Origin: a bacterium
GTDB lineage: Bacteria > SZUA-182 > DTGQ01 > JAFGSM01
Reading direction: 5' to 3'
Assembly: GCA_049472315.1 (NCBI GenBank)
Contig: JBLIRN010000001.1
Location: forward strand, 160,001-224,000
Length of the DNA: 64,000 nt
Position numbers and translations under genes: made by a program. The notes under the pieces were generated by a model. It made no database searches. It worked only from the letters and a program-made list of their open reading frames with translations, and was not told the origin of the DNA. This document shows positions 40,484 through 52,288 of this stretch, piece after piece. Within the stretch, counting starts at the first letter, position 1, and every line of letters starts with the position of its first letter.

Positions 40484-40860
40484 TATATTTTATGAATACA
40501 ACACCCGATTCCGAATATTTTCACTGGTTAAAAGGTTCAGACGGTATAGTAAATAAATGACCGGTTCCCCCTATCCTGCTATGCTGCGAGCAGGTGAACA
40601 AAAAACATTCACAAGTATGCATTGCACTACATAATAACCATGCATCTCTTTGCATAGGTGCTTGACAAGAGGGAAATATATATACGGTTACCACAAATGA
40701 CCATCATTGGAATGCTTCTGGGGGAGCAAAACAACCCTGCAATCAAGAGGTTTCAGTAAATACCCAGTAAAATACCATTTTTATTAAAGTTAAAAAATTA
40801 CATCACAATTATAGCAATTAAAATCTTCCATGTCAATCGGTTATCATATAATTTATAAGG

Positions 40861-42153
40861 CTAACCAATCCGTGCCTTGATCGATCGGGCGTGGGCATCG
40901 AGGCCTTCGATTTGTGCGAGCTTAATCGCCTTTTCCCCTATGTCCTGCAGCCCTTCCCGAGTGTAAAAACTGATCCCGGAGCGCTTGATAAAATCATCCA
41001 CACCAAGCGCAGAAAAGAACCTCGCCGTCCCTCCGGTGGGAAGGACATGATTCGGCCCTGCGATATAATCCCCCACCGGCTCAGGGGTATAGTATCCCAA
41101 AAAGATGGAGCCTGCATTCCTGATCCTTCCCAGCCAGGGAAACGGATCCTTGAGTGCGAGTTCCAAATGCTCCGGGCCGATCGCATTCACCACTTCGACT
41201 GCCTGGTCGAGGTCCTCGACCTGGATGATGAGGCCGTACTGTTCGAGTGAACAACGGCAGATATCGCCGCGCGGGAGAAGGCCCAGTTGTGATTCAATCT
41301 CCCTGCGAACGGCATCAATGAGTGTGGCGGATGGGGTGACAAGGATTGAGGAGGCACGCTCATCATGCTCCGCCTGTGAAAGCAGGTCTGCTGCGACAAA
41401 CCGCGGCGGGGCGGAATCATCCGCTACCACCAGGATCTCGCTCGGCCCGGCGAGCATATCGATGTTCACATGTCCGAACACAAGTTTTTTTGCCAGGGTG
41501 ACAAAAATATTCCCTGGACCGACGATCTTGTCGACCTTCGGGATCGTGTCGGTACCAAAGGAAAGGGCGGCTATTGCCTGCGCACCCCCAACCTTGAATA
41601 CCTTGTTCACCCCTGCCATATCAGCGGCAACAAGGATATACGGATTAAGGCACGTGTCCGCCTGGGGTGGTGAAACGCAACAAATCTCATCCACGCCGGC
41701 GATCTTCGCCGGGATTGCGCACATGAGAACCGAGGAGGGATAGGGCGCCTTGCCACCGGGGACATAGATGCCTACGCGCTCAAGGGGGGTGATCATCTGG
41801 CCGAGCATACCGCCGAAGGGCCCGGGATGAATCCAGGTATTCCTCCGCTGCCTTCCATGGTAATCCTCAATCCGTTCCATGGCAAATCTGATGACATCGA
41901 TCCCCTCCTGCGGCACCTTTCTGTAGGCCTCTTCAATCTCCGATCTGTCAACAACAAGGTCCTTTTGGGAAAGATGTGCGCCATCAAACTGCCCGGTATA
42001 TTCGAGCAGGGCGTCATCACCCCTGCGGCGAACATCGCCGACGATCTCCTTCACCCTCGCTTCAAGCGACGCATCATCAAAAGATCCTCGCGATTTAAAC
42101 TCCGTAAGGGCTGCGTGAAACCCCGGCTCATGTGCCTTTAATACCCTCATCAC
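40861..42153 (-). CDS. hisD: Histidinol dehydrogenase
   Basis: YVPGGKA, GPGNIFV, AGPSE, SQAEHD, PEHLE, GPNHVLPT. Confidence 0.97.
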   Translation of the reverse strand: MMRVLKAHEPGFHAALTEFKSRGSFDDASLEARVKEIVGDVRRRGDDALLEYTGQFDGAHLSQKDLVVDRSEIEEAYRKVPQEGIDVIRFAMERIEDYHGRQRRNTWIHPGPFGGMLGQMITPLERVGIYVPGGKAPYPSSVLMCAIPAKIAGVDEICCVSPPQADTCLNPYILVAADMAGVNKVFKVGGAQAIAALSFGTDTIPKVDKIVGPGNIFVTLAKKLVFGHVNIDMLAGPSEILVVADDSAPPRFVAADLLSQAEHDERASSILVTPSATLIDAVRREIESQLGLLPRGDICRCSLEQYGLIIQVEDLDQAVEVVNAIGPEHLELALKDPFPWLGRIRNAGSIFLGYYTPEPVGDYIAGPNHVLPTGGTARFFSALGVDDFIKRSGISFYTREGLQDIGEKAIKLAQIEGLDAHARSIKARIG

Positions 42154-43415
42154 TCTCGCTCCCTCCTGATTACGGCCCCCAATTTACCGAATTTTTCCTC
42201 TATCCGCTCATACCCCCGGTCAAGATGATAGATCCTGGAGACAGTGGTTTCTCCGCGCGCTGCGAGCCCCGCCAGGATAAGGCATGCACTTGCCCTCAGG
42301 TCGGTTGCCATCACAGGAGCGCCGTCCATATAGTTCACCCCCTTGACAATCGCCGTATGGCCGTCGATATCGATGTCCGCTCCCATCCTCATCAGTTCCT
42401 GAACGTGCATGAAACGATTTTCAAACACCGTCTCCCTGATCAGGCTCACCCCCTTTGCCAGGCAGAGGAGTGCCATAAACTGGGCCTGCATGTCCGTGGG
42501 GAATCCGGGATAGGGGGCGGTGCTGATCTCCACGGGAAGTATCTTCTCAGTAACCTTCCGCTCCACCTCGATAATGTCTGGGACGGGATTGGTGATCACC
42601 GCCCCCGCCTCTTCCAGTTTTTCGCTCACTGCAGAAACGAATTCGAAGGGGCAATTTCTGACTGCTATCCTCCCCCCTGTTATGGCCGCCGCCACCATGA
42701 ACGTGCCTGCCTCGATACGATCGGGGATAATGCGGTGATCGAATGGACGGAGGTCTCGATTCCCCTTGATGAGGATTCGGTCGGTGCCCGCTCCCTCGAC
42801 ACAGGCCCCCATCTTTATCAACACATGGGCCAGGTCGACGATCTCCGGCTCCCTGGCGGCATTATCGATGATGGTCTCATCGTCGATAGCGGCGGCCGCC
42901 ATCATGAGGTTTTCGGTACACGTAACACTGGGCAGATCAAGAATGATATGCCCCCCGTGCATTCGTTTACATTCCGCCTTCACATACCCACGCACCAGAT
43001 CGATGTTCACCCCAAATTTTTTGAGTCCCTTGAGATGAAGGTTGATGGGACGCGCTCCGATTGCGCAGCCTCCGGGAAGGGATACCTCAGCCTCGCCGAA
43101 GCGCGCCACCAGAGGGCCTAAAACAAGGACAGATGCCCTCATGGTTTTGACCAGGTCATAGGGAATGCGGCACGGAGAGGTCCGTGAGGAATCAATCTCG
43201 ATGACATCGGCACCGATATGATGAACGTCGGCACCAAGCAGGGCCAACAGCCTCTGTGTGGTGGCAATGTCCTTAAGCCGGGGTATGTTACGTATGGTCG
43301 ATTGTCCCTGTGTCAGAAGGGTGGCTGCAAGCACCGGGAGGGCGGTGTTTTTGGCGCCACTGACATACACGTCGCCGAACAGGGGCCTACCCCCCTCGAT
43401 AACGATCCTATCCAG
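42150..43415 (-). CDS. murA: UDP-N-acetylglucosamine 1-carboxyvinyltransferase (probable CTG start)
   Basis: [37 protein letters not shown]; conserved N-terminus DRIVIEGG begins at CTG 43415. Confidence 0.95.
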   Translation of the reverse strand: MDRIVIEGGRPLFGDVYVSGAKNTALPVLAATLLTQGQSTIRNIPRLKDIATTQRLLALLGADVHHIGADVIEIDSSRTSPCRIPYDLVKTMRASVLVLGPLVARFGEAEVSLPGGCAIGARPINLHLKGLKKFGVNIDLVRGYVKAECKRMHGGHIILDLPSVTCTENLMMAAAAIDDETIIDNAAREPEIVDLAHVLIKMGACVEGAGTDRILIKGNRDLRPFDHRIIPDRIEAGTFMVAAAITGGRIAVRNCPFEFVSAVSEKLEEAGAVITNPVPDIIEVERKVTEKILPVEISTAPYPGFPTDMQAQFMALLCLAKGVSLIRETVFENRFMHVQELMRMGADIDIDGHTAIVKGVNYMDGAPVMATDLRASACLILAGLAARGETTVSRIYHLDRGYERIEEKFGKLGAVIRRERE

Positions 43416-44313
43416 TTAACGACTCCTTTCCTTGCAATTCGTTTTTTCCCGGACAAATTCCGGCCACCACCCGCTCCTGCCCGCTGTAGTCCTTCACCAC
43501 CGCTATGTCACGATATCGCCAGGCGGCCAGCATCTCACGGACGGACTGGGCCTGATCCGCTCCGATCTCAACGACAAGATACCCCGTCGGCTTCAAGAAT
43601 GCTATCGCCCCGGGAACCAGGCGGCGGTAAAATGCAAGACCGTCGCTTCCACCATCCACAGCAGCCCTCGGTTCGAAACGACTGATTTCCGGCTGAAGTT
43701 TATCTATTTCCCCTGATGGTATATAGGGTGGATTACAGACAACAAGATCAAAGCAGCCCCTTTGTTCCCTCACCGGCTCGAAGAGATCTCCAACGGCGAA
43801 ATGAATACGTTCCAGTACATTATGTATCCTGGCGTTCTCCTTTGCAAGCTCGATTGCCTGCCCGGAGATATCCGTCGCCCAAAGGGAAGCGGACGGCACC
43901 TCCTTTGCCAGACATACGGCGATGTTCCCGCTCCCGGTGCACACATCGAGTATGGAGTGTCCCGGGTGTGCCCGTGCAAGGGCGAACTCCACGAGATGTT
44001 CCGTTTCCTGTCTGGGGATGAGCACCCCCGGTCGAACGGCGAACTCAAGCGACCAGAATCCCCAGTGGCCGAGTATGTATTGAAGCGGTTCCCTCTTGGA
44101 GCGTCTGATGACTGCAGAACGGTATTTGGCGAGCTCGGGTGGTGTCAATGGCTGATCATAGTGGGTATAAAGCCAGAGCCGATCCCTGCCGAGGGCGAAG
44201 GCGAGGAGCATTTCCGAATCGAATCGCGGCCGTTCTATGCATAGACCTTCGAGATAGGGGATGGTCCATTCCAGAAGCCGTCTTATGGTCCAGGCCTTCT
44301 CCACATCAGGCAA
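43408..44313 (-). CDS. prmC: Release factor glutamine methyltransferase
   Basis: [27 protein letters not shown]; follows prfA. Confidence 0.95.
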   Translation of the reverse strand: MPDVEKAWTIRRLLEWTIPYLEGLCIERPRFDSEMLLAFALGRDRLWLYTHYDQPLTPPELAKYRSAVIRRSKREPLQYILGHWGFWSLEFAVRPGVLIPRQETEHLVEFALARAHPGHSILDVCTGSGNIAVCLAKEVPSASLWATDISGQAIELAKENARIHNVLERIHFAVGDLFEPVREQRGCFDLVVCNPPYIPSGEIDKLQPEISRFEPRAAVDGGSDGLAFYRRLVPGAIAFLKPTGYLVVEIGADQAQSVREMLAAWRYRDIAVVKDYSGQERVVAGICPGKNELQGKESLTG

Positions 44314-45376
44314 CCTTCTTCATTTCCTCAGACTTGAAGTGCGCGATGAGTGATTCGATTATCTCATCCAATTCCCCGGACAGGACACCCTCCAGCCTAT
44401 AAAGGGTCAGGCCTATCCTGTGATCGGTAATGCGGTTCTGCGGAAAATTGTAGGTGCGTATCTTTTCGCTCCTGTCACCGGTGCCGACCTGGGATCGCCG
44501 ATCCCTGGCTATCTGCTCGTGCTGCTCCTCTTGACGTTTCGTGAGCAGGCGCGCCCTGAGCACCCGCAATGCCTTCGCACGATTCTTGTGCTGCGACTTC
44601 TCATCCTGGCAACTCACCACGAGGCCGGTGGGGAGATGGGTAATCCTCACCGCAGAATCGGTCGTATTCACGCTCTGTCCCCCATGACCTGTTGAACGGA
44701 AGACATCAACTCGAAGCTCTTCTGGCCGGATCTCCACCTCCACCTCTTCGGCCTCCGGCAACACGGCAACCGTAACGGCCGAGGTATGGATGCGCCCTGC
44801 GGATTCCGTTACCGGCACCCTCTGTACCCTGTGGACGCCCATCTCATATTTAAGGCAGCTGTAAACCTTCTCACCCTGTATGCCGATAATGATCTCCTTG
44901 AATCCCCCCACGCCTATGGGATGTGAGCTGATAACCTCCACCTTCCATCCCTTGCGCTCCGCATACCGGGTGTACATTCGGACTAGATCCGCGGCAAAAA
45001 GGGCCGCCTCCTCTCCCCCTGTTCCTGCCCTGATTTCGAGGATGATATTCTTTTCGTCGTTGGGGTCCTTCGGGAGAAGGAGGATTCTTAACTCCTCCTC
45101 CAACTCCTCTTTCCGCTGTTCCAGTTCTTCCATCTCCATTCGAGCCAGATCCCGTAATTCCTTGTCATCCGTCTCCTCCCTGATGATCTGATGTGCCTCT
45201 TCAATGCGCCCTTCAACCTCTTTGTACCGGCGGTAGGTAGTGACCACCTTTTCAAGCTCAGCCTGCGACTTCGCATATACTCGATACTGAACCTGATCGG
45301 CGATCACTGCCGGATCACTCAGGAGACGGTTAAGCTCCTCGTATCGTTGTTCAACCTTTTGTAATTTTTCAAACAT
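44306..45376 (-). CDS. prfA: Peptide chain release factor 1
   Basis: GTGGEEA, RVPVTE (PxT), [13 protein letters not shown]. Confidence 0.97.
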   Translation of the reverse strand: MFEKLQKVEQRYEELNRLLSDPAVIADQVQYRVYAKSQAELEKVVTTYRRYKEVEGRIEEAHQIIREETDDKELRDLARMEMEELEQRKEELEEELRILLLPKDPNDEKNIILEIRAGTGGEEAALFAADLVRMYTRYAERKGWKVEVISSHPIGVGGFKEIIIGIQGEKVYSCLKYEMGVHRVQRVPVTESAGRIHTSAVTVAVLPEAEEVEVEIRPEELRVDVFRSTGHGGQSVNTTDSAVRITHLPTGLVVSCQDEKSQHKNRAKALRVLRARLLTKRQEEQHEQIARDRRSQVGTGDRSEKIRTYNFPQNRITDHRIGLTLYRLEGVLSGELDEIIESLIAHFKSEEMKKVA

Positions 45377-45642
45377 GGTCTATTCCTATGGCGTATGCAC
45401 CTTAACGGGTTTACTTTTTCCAGTTTAACCCAAAAATTCCATTAAAAAAACCACATAGCGCGGAAATTGTCCAATATGGCGAAGTCATTATCATACATTG
45501 GGTACCCAAAGAAAAACAAAAATATTCTCAGTATCAGAACGTTTGTTTGTGCCCTCTGTGGCGGATTGCATTAACGTGATGTAACGTAAGCGCACATGCC
45601 TCATCGAAGCGGTGAAGATCAAGGGAAATAAGGATATGGACC

Positions 45643-46410
45643 CTATGAGAAGGGAAGGCAGTTAAGGCGCTCGAGCAATTCCCCTTCCGGAAGGGTGGCA
45701 ATGTGGGAAAACGCCTCCTTAACCTGCGAGGAGAGGCCGCAGGTCATTTTGCCTTCCGGACAGGGCCCTGCCAGGCAAAAAGGCCCTGCGTTCTCGAACA
45801 GGCTGGGGGAGATGCGCAAGACCTCACGAAGCATCAGCACGGCCAATGCCCTGATTTCCCATTGCGCCCTCTGGCAGCAACGGTAGCGGAAAAAATGCCG
45901 CAATTCCCTGGCATTCATGGTAACCGCGATCTTCGTCTCGGCTGCATTGGGAAGGATGTATCGAGCATCCTCCTGGGAGACGCCGTCTTCAACCCATGCA
46001 TCATAGAGTTGATAGATGGTCGCCATAAGATGCTCAAATTGGTCAACCTTTTTTGTGTCCTGTTTGAGGCATGGGGGTATGACATAGCGAAATCCCCCTT
46101 CTTCCCGCACATATCTCTGGCTCCGCTGGGAATAGGATGCCACCCGATGGCGGACGAGTTGATGGGTGGTAACCCGGGAAATACCCTCGATGAGGAATGT
46201 GAACGATGCATGCTCCAGGACCGACTGATGTCCTAGGGAGATGATCTTTCGGACAAAGGGTATCTGGTCGGTCTTGTCCACGTCATCCTTCAGGTCCTCC
46301 ACGTCCAGCGATGAATAGCAGAGCCGCGCCGCGGTCGCCACAGCCCTTTCGGGATCGGGGGTATGCCGGAAGAGGATTACCCCTGGATACGCCCTCATGC
46401 CGTTATCCAT
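45643..46410 (-). CDS. thyX: FAD-dependent thymidylate synthase
   Basis: [38 protein letters not shown]; start uncertain (46410 or 46398). Confidence 0.93.
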   Translation of the reverse strand: MDNGMRAYPGVILFRHTPDPERAVATAARLCYSSLDVEDLKDDVDKTDQIPFVRKIISLGHQSVLEHASFTFLIEGISRVTTHQLVRHRVASYSQRSQRYVREEGGFRYVIPPCLKQDTKKVDQFEHLMATIYQLYDAWVEDGVSQEDARYILPNAAETKIAVTMNARELRHFFRYRCCQRAQWEIRALAVLMLREVLRISPSLFENAGPFCLAGPCPEGKMTCGLSSQVKEAFSHIATLPEGELLERLNCLPFS

Positions 46411-46633
46411 TTTTCGCCTTGCCCGCCTTTTTGAGCCCCTTTTCATATTTGCGGCGGAATTTTTCCACACGTCCAGCGGTATCGATCAGCTTCTGCTTTC
46501 CGGTAAAAAAGGGATGGCAGCTCGAACAGATTTCGACATGCATCGTTTCAACAGTGGATCCGATATGATACGTAGCACCACACGCACAGGTGATCGTTGC
46601 GTCATGGTATGGCGGATGGATGTCCTTCTTCAT
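46403..46633 (-). CDS. rpmE: 50S ribosomal protein L31 (Zn-binding type)
   Basis: [21 protein letters not shown]. Confidence 0.97.
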   Translation of the reverse strand: MKKDIHPPYHDATITCACGATYHIGSTVETMHVEICSSCHPFFTGKQKLIDTAGRVEKFRRKYEKGLKKAGKAKNG

Positions 46634-46680
46634 TCTTCAATGCCTCCTGATCATTCTCTTTCATAGTTAGGGGAGCTCGC

Positions 46681-47937
46681 TCACCCTTCCATCTTATTCA
46701 TTGCATTAAGAAATTCCTCGTTGTTCTTGGTGCCCGAGAGTTTATCCAGCAGGAATTCCATCTTTTCCGTGATGGTGAGGGGCTGCAGTATCTTTCTCAA
46801 CATCCAGACCCTTTGCAGCTCAGCCGGTTTGACAAGGAGTTCTTCCTTCCTGGTTCCGGAGCGGTCGATATCGATCGCAGGGAAGATCCTCCTGTCCACG
46901 AGACGACGATCAAGGTTGATCTCCATGTTGCCGGTTCCCTTGAATTCCTCAAAAATGACGTCATCCATGCGGCTCCCCGTATCAACCAAGGCGGTGGCAA
47001 TAATGGTCAGGCTGCCTCCCTCCTCGATATTTCGCGCAGCGCCGAAAAACCTCTTCGGCTTTTGCAGGGCGTTTGCATCAATCCCGCCGGAGAGCACCTT
47101 GCCGCTCGGCGGGGTTAACGTATTGTAGGCACGGGCAAGCCTGGTGATACTGTCTAATAGTATTACCACATCATGCTTGTATTCCACAAGTCTCTTCGCC
47201 TTTTCCATGACCATCTGGGCAACCTGTACGTGCCGGGTCGGGGCCTCATCGAATGTGGAACTGATTACCTCACCCTTTACCGAGCGGAGCATGTCCGTCA
47301 CCTCTTCCGGCCGCTCATCGATGAGCAGGACGATAAGAATGATCTCCGGATGATTGATAGTGATGCTGTTGGCAATCGCCTGAAGAAGCATGGTCTTCCC
47401 CGTTCGGGGAGGTGCGACGATGAGCGCCCTTTGCCCCTTGCCGAGCGGGGTCAACAGGTCCATCACCCTGGTGGAGAGATTCCCGTCCTCCGTTTCCAGC
47501 TTGACCCGCTCCTCCGGATACAAAGGGGTCAGATTGTCGAAAAGGATCTTTTCCTTTGCCTGCTCGGGGGGCTCAAAGTTGATCGCCTCCACCTTTAGGA
47601 GGGCGAAATATTTTTCAGCCTCCTTGGGAGGCCTGATTTGCCCGAATACCGTGTCACCGGTTTTAAGGTCAAAACGCCTGATCTGAGATGGAGAAACATA
47701 AATATCATCCGGTCCGGGAAGATAGTTATAGTCGGGTGCCCGCAAAAAACCAAAACCGTCAGGGAGTGTCTCGAGAACCCCTTCTCCATAAATGGACCCG
47801 TTCATCTCCGTCTGCGCCTGGAGAATACGGAAGATCAGGTCCTGCTTCCGCATGCTGCTGGTTGATTCTACCCCTAATTCCTTGGCAACCTTGTTCAGTT
47901 CTCCGATGGTTTTTTCCTTCAATTCTACAATGTTCAT
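46681..47937 (-). CDS. rho: Transcription termination factor Rho
   Basis: [39 protein letters not shown]. Confidence 0.98.
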   Translation of the reverse strand: MNIVELKEKTIGELNKVAKELGVESTSSMRKQDLIFRILQAQTEMNGSIYGEGVLETLPDGFGFLRAPDYNYLPGPDDIYVSPSQIRRFDLKTGDTVFGQIRPPKEAEKYFALLKVEAINFEPPEQAKEKILFDNLTPLYPEERVKLETEDGNLSTRVMDLLTPLGKGQRALIVAPPRTGKTMLLQAIANSITINHPEIILIVLLIDERPEEVTDMLRSVKGEVISSTFDEAPTRHVQVAQMVMEKAKRLVEYKHDVVILLDSITRLARAYNTLTPPSGKVLSGGIDANALQKPKRFFGAARNIEEGGSLTIIATALVDTGSRMDDVIFEEFKGTGNMEINLDRRLVDRRIFPAIDIDRSGTRKEELLVKPAELQRVWMLRKILQPLTITEKMEFLLDKLSGTKNNEEFLNAMNKMEG

Positions 47938-48249
47938 CTTCGTACCCTTTTACGCCCCTTTTTGAAACGGTTACGATAATTAAATGCCATAAAGGCGTTA
48001 TGCACTTACACTATATTCCACAATCCCTTAGCAGGGTATCTCTATATTTTAAGAACCTTTTGAAATACTGACACGTAGGATGAATTTGACGATTACAGAT
48101 CACTATAAACCTGAGAAATGGCTGGACCTCTGAAAAGTAGTGTTTTGCAATTTTTACAAGAACATGCCTGTAATGATATGTAAATCGGAAAGGATCTTTT
48201 AATAATACTATAGACGCGCACATGCGATTTGTCAAGTCCTCATCGTTTT

Positions 48250-49194
48250 TCATAATAATTCATGCATTTCCACGTGCTGACCGATCAGAAACAGACGGAG
48301 TTTTTTTATGGCGGAACATTCTATCTGCCGAATTCTTTCACGGGTCACGCTGTATCTTTTGCCGATTTCCTCAAGGGTCTTCGGCTCGCCACTCTGCAAA
48401 CCGAACCGGAGCGTGACAATCTCCCGTTCCTGAGTGTTCAGGATCTTGAGGAGCAAGGCGACGTATCGTTGCCGATTCTGCCGTATTATCGACTCTATTG
48501 GCGATCGTTCCATCTCGCCCCCGTGTTCGCCTACCTCGAAGATGCCCTTTTTCTCCAGGTACGTTTCAATGGATACGCTGTGCTGCAATGCATTCATCAG
48601 GTTTCGTATCTTCTGAGGTGATTCGTCCAGCTCCGTAGCAAGCTCCTCTGATGTGGGATCACGTCCCAATCGCTGCACCATATTCCGAAGGATTCGCAAA
48701 AAACGGTTGACCGTTTCGGTCATATTCATGGGCAGCCGTATGGTATTCGAGTACTTGGCCAATGCCCTTACGATATACTGCTTGATCCACCACGTTGCAT
48801 AGGTGCTGAACTTATACCCCCTGCACGGATCGAATTTTTCAACCGCGCGGATGAGCCCAAGATTACCCTCTTCGATCAAGTCCAATATGGGCAAACCATG
48901 ATTCGCGTACCTCTTGGCGATACTTATCACCAGCCGTAGATTCCCCTTAATCAGGAGGGCGCGCGCCTCCTGATCCCCGTGTGTGGTCCTGATGGCAAGG
49001 TCATACTCCTCTTGAGGACTCAAAATCTTGATGCCGCTTATATCCTTAAAATAGACGCGGACCGGATCGAAAATATTTTGGCGTATCCTTTTGGAGGACA
49101 CCTCCGCATCGATCTCCGCGTCCCTCTTCATCGCCTCGGAGCCGGCATCGTCATTCTCATCTATGAATGAATCATATGCATCAAACGAGAGCAT
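48250..49194 (-). CDS. Sigma-70 family factor, RpoS-like
   Basis: Region 1.2 DPVRVY, DLIEEGNLGLIRAVEKFD, FSTYATWWI, TRERIRQIE; no region 1.1; downstream of nlpD. Confidence 0.88.
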   Translation of the reverse strand: MLSFDAYDSFIDENDDAGSEAMKRDAEIDAEVSSKRIRQNIFDPVRVYFKDISGIKILSPQEEYDLAIRTTHGDQEARALLIKGNLRLVISIAKRYANHGLPILDLIEEGNLGLIRAVEKFDPCRGYKFSTYATWWIKQYIVRALAKYSNTIRLPMNMTETVNRFLRILRNMVQRLGRDPTSEELATELDESPQKIRNLMNALQHSVSIETYLEKKGIFEVGEHGGEMERSPIESIIRQNRQRYVALLLKILNTQEREIVTLRFGLQSGEPKTLEEIGKRYSVTRERIRQIECSAIKKLRLFLIGQHVEMHELL

Positions 49195-49224
49195 GGTTTG
49201 TGCAATGGCCCTTGTGCAGCCTGT

Positions 49225-49896
49225 TTATAGGTGCGGAAGAAATTGAAGGGGATTGACGGATTTTTTTTCCTTCCTGATCTCAAAGTGAAGATGCGGCTCT
49301 CCACCGTTTTCCGCCTTTCCCACCTGAGCAATAATCTGTCCCTGCTCTATCAAGGCCCCCATCTTCACCAGTGTTACTCCATTATTGGCATAGACCGAGG
49401 AAAAACCACTTTTGTGCTTGATGATGATCATATTCCCATAACCAGCCATATGGTCGCCATTATAAATAACCTCACCCGAAGCGGCTGCCTTTACCGGTGT
49501 TCCTTCGGGAGATAAGATATCGATACCTGAATAATTGATTGACCCGGAACGTCTAAATCCGCGAACAACAGGCCCTTTTAAAGGCCATATGAAATCAGGA
49601 GCATCATCTTTTCTGAGAGCAGTCTGAGTGGGAATGTATATCTTTCTGCCGACAGGAAGTTTCGTAACATCATCTATATTATTATATCGGACAATATCCT
49701 CCAATGGTACGCCATAGGTATACGCAATCCTCCAGAGTGTCTCCCCTTTCTTGACAACATGGCACCGGTCTTCTTGCGCCTTCTCATCGGTATTCCTGTA
49801 ATGGTATCTCCCATGTCCCGGCCAGGTGCAGTGGGAAAGAAACAGACACGCAATACAAAGGAGCCCTATGCGAAATGGTGCAACATACCTTCCCAT
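49225..49896 (-). CDS. LysM/M23 peptidase-domain lipoprotein (NlpD-like)
   Basis: HVVKKGETLWRIA LysM, GYGNMIII, LHFEIR; M23 Zn ligands partly degenerate (YSGID, YAN). Confidence 0.88.
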   Translation of the reverse strand: MGRYVAPFRIGLLCIACLFLSHCTWPGHGRYHYRNTDEKAQEDRCHVVKKGETLWRIAYTYGVPLEDIVRYNNIDDVTKLPVGRKIYIPTQTALRKDDAPDFIWPLKGPVVRGFRRSGSINYSGIDILSPEGTPVKAAASGEVIYNGDHMAGYGNMIIIKHKSGFSSVYANNGVTLVKMGALIEQGQIIAQVGKAENGGEPHLHFEIRKEKKSVNPLQFLPHL

Positions 49897-50156
49897 GTAC
49901 GATAACGTCTTGTAGGCCTATCCCTCAATAGTCTCTTCGTGATCGCCCTGCTCATTCCGGCAGGGCACGATATTCGTCTTAACGATCCTTGTGCCTTTTC
50001 GAGAATACGCAATTATGGCTCGAACGGGCAAAGAAACCTTACGGGGTCATAGTGAGTACCCTTTAAGGCAGTGACATACAAGAAAATAATGATAATCTAA
50101 TTAGCGTGCCGAGATGGGGTAATGGTTGATCCTATGCTGCAGGAAATTCAGCATTA

Positions 50157-50234
<78 letters not shown>

Positions 50235-50271
50235 AATAAGCAAATCAGGCACGTATTATAGTATATATTGT

Positions 50272-50772
50272 TCATAAAAAGCAAACGGGTTTGATGAAGA
50301 CATGCCACCCGAACAATGTGGCCACGGTAACAATGATCCCGGCAATCAAAACCCCGATAGTGATCGCCGCCAACGAACGGACAAAACCGAAATCAAATAA
50401 AAAGGCAACGACGCTCCCTGTCCATGCACCGGTCATGGGCAAAGGAATCGCGACAAAAAGGAGCAAGCCCAAAAGCTCCAGTCTCTCCACCAAACGGCTC
50501 CTCTTGCGTGACCGTTCAAAAAGCCATGCAAAAAACCTGGAGAAGGGCCCGTATCGACCCAAATAGTTCGAAACAGGGCCTAAAAAGAGCAGAACGGGAA
50601 TAATGGCGACGATGTTACCGCATACGGATAAAAGGTATGCGGATATAACGGGCATCTTCAGGTAGAGGAGGGCCATCGGGATTGACCCCCGCAATTCAAA
50701 AATAGGGAGCATGGCCACCCCGATGGTCTTTGCCTCAGGAGTGGATAATAGCCTTAATATCTCGGTCAACAT
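50272..50772 (-). CDS. COG2426 putative small multidrug-export family membrane protein
   Basis: MLPIFELRGSIP, FVAIPLPMTGAWTG. Confidence 0.85.
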   Translation of the reverse strand: MLTEILRLLSTPEAKTIGVAMLPIFELRGSIPMALLYLKMPVISAYLLSVCGNIVAIIPVLLFLGPVSNYLGRYGPFSRFFAWLFERSRKRSRLVERLELLGLLLFVAIPLPMTGAWTGSVVAFLFDFGFVRSLAAITIGVLIAGIIVTVATLFGWHVFIKPVCFL

Positions 50773-50775
50773 CCA

Positions 50776-51444
50776 TCAAGCCTCCCAGCCGTGGCTGCCT
50801 ATGAGCTTTACAAAATCGCAATCCGCAATCACTGTTTCAGAAATGCCATGGTCTGCGTGCTGAACAAGGGTCAGCTGTTGCGCCTTATCATTCCCCACCG
50901 GCATGACAAGGCGTCCACCCTCTGCCAACTGATTAACCAGGGGATCCGGTATCGACGGCGCGGCGGCGGTGACTATAATCGCGTTAAATCGGGCCTCTTC
51001 AGGCCAGCCCTGTGATCCGTCACAATGCCTGATGACAACATTGTAAAACCCCAATCTGGCCAGAAGATGTCTCGCCTTCATAGCCAACCCCTGTATTCGT
51101 TCAGTACTAAAGACCTGCTGACACAGCATAGCCAAAATGGCCGTTTGATATCCGGAGCCCGTTCCAATCTCAAGGACCCGGTGCCAGGGCTCAAGAGCGA
51201 GCGCCTCCGTCATAAGGGCTACCACATAGGGTTTGGAGATGGTCTGTCCGTCGCCAATCGGCAAGGAAAAGTCACCGTAGGCGGTTGCAGCGAGTGCCTC
51301 TTCAACAAACAGGTGACGGGAAACCTTCTCCATGGCGTTTATAACCCGTTGATCCGTGATCCCGCGGGCTGCAATCTGCTCCCTGACCATTCGTGAACGA
51401 AGGATTTGGTATTCCTTCTCTCCTCGTATGCCTAAAATGCTCAC
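50776..51444 (-). CDS. pcm: Protein-L-isoaspartate O-methyltransferase
   Basis: RHLFV, GQTIS, VLEIGTGSGYQ, IIVTAAA. Confidence 0.95.
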   Translation of the reverse strand: MSILGIRGEKEYQILRSRMVREQIAARGITDQRVINAMEKVSRHLFVEEALAATAYGDFSLPIGDGQTISKPYVVALMTEALALEPWHRVLEIGTGSGYQTAILAMLCQQVFSTERIQGLAMKARHLLARLGFYNVVIRHCDGSQGWPEEARFNAIIVTAAAPSIPDPLVNQLAEGGRLVMPVGNDKAQQLTLVQHADHGISETVIADCDFVKLIGSHGWEA

Positions 51445-51693
51445 CGTATTTCTCCGGAAGACAGGACCATTCCCCGTATCGGCGCAGTATCAACGAATAC
51501 CTGCGACGATCGAATCAAAACAGGATATCCTTCCCGTGCATCTATGCCATAAGAGTGGAACAGAAACACGCCTCACCGGCCATGCAGGTCACTACCCGGC
51601 GGCACTCCTCCGCACACCGTGCACTCAACCATTTCAAAGGCGCTCTATTAGGGGAAATAAGGATATGAATACAATCCCTTATTGGTATTGATA

Positions 51694-51760
<67 letters not shown>

Positions 51761-51770
<10 letters not shown>

Positions 51771-52210
51771 ACCTCGTTTTCCGGCTGCATTTCTGATTCC
51801 GATTTCACTATATTGAGGATCTGAAGCAGTTGATCCTTGTGTTCTCGAAGCAAATGGATGTAGATGGCCGGATCCACCTCCATTGACTTTTCCTCTTTGG
51901 GGCCATTCCCATTCCCGGGGGATACCTGAGCCTTGCTCTGACGTGCTGCCTTTTCGGCAGCCAACTGTTTTTTGGCCCCTGCGATGGTGAATTTTTCATT
52001 ATACAATAATTTCTTTATCCTTGAAAGGACCACCAGGTCCTTTTGCCGGTATACCCGCTGGCCGAACCGATTTTTTGCCGGCCTGATCTCCTTGAATTCC
52101 GACTCCCAATAACGCAATACATAAGGCTTTACACCAAAAATGCGGCTTACCTCGCCGATCTTATAAAACATCTTTCTGGGGATGGAGGGATCCAAGCTAT
52201 TCTCATCCAT
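51761..52210 (-). CDS. MerR family transcriptional regulator
   Basis: [25 protein letters not shown]; typical position before tRNA-Pro. Confidence 0.9.
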
Positions 52211-52288
52211 TATTAAAACATCCTACTCTTTCCATGTTAATATTTTTGGTTCAGGGATACAATAACGAAGTTACTCTGTAAGAGGGCG

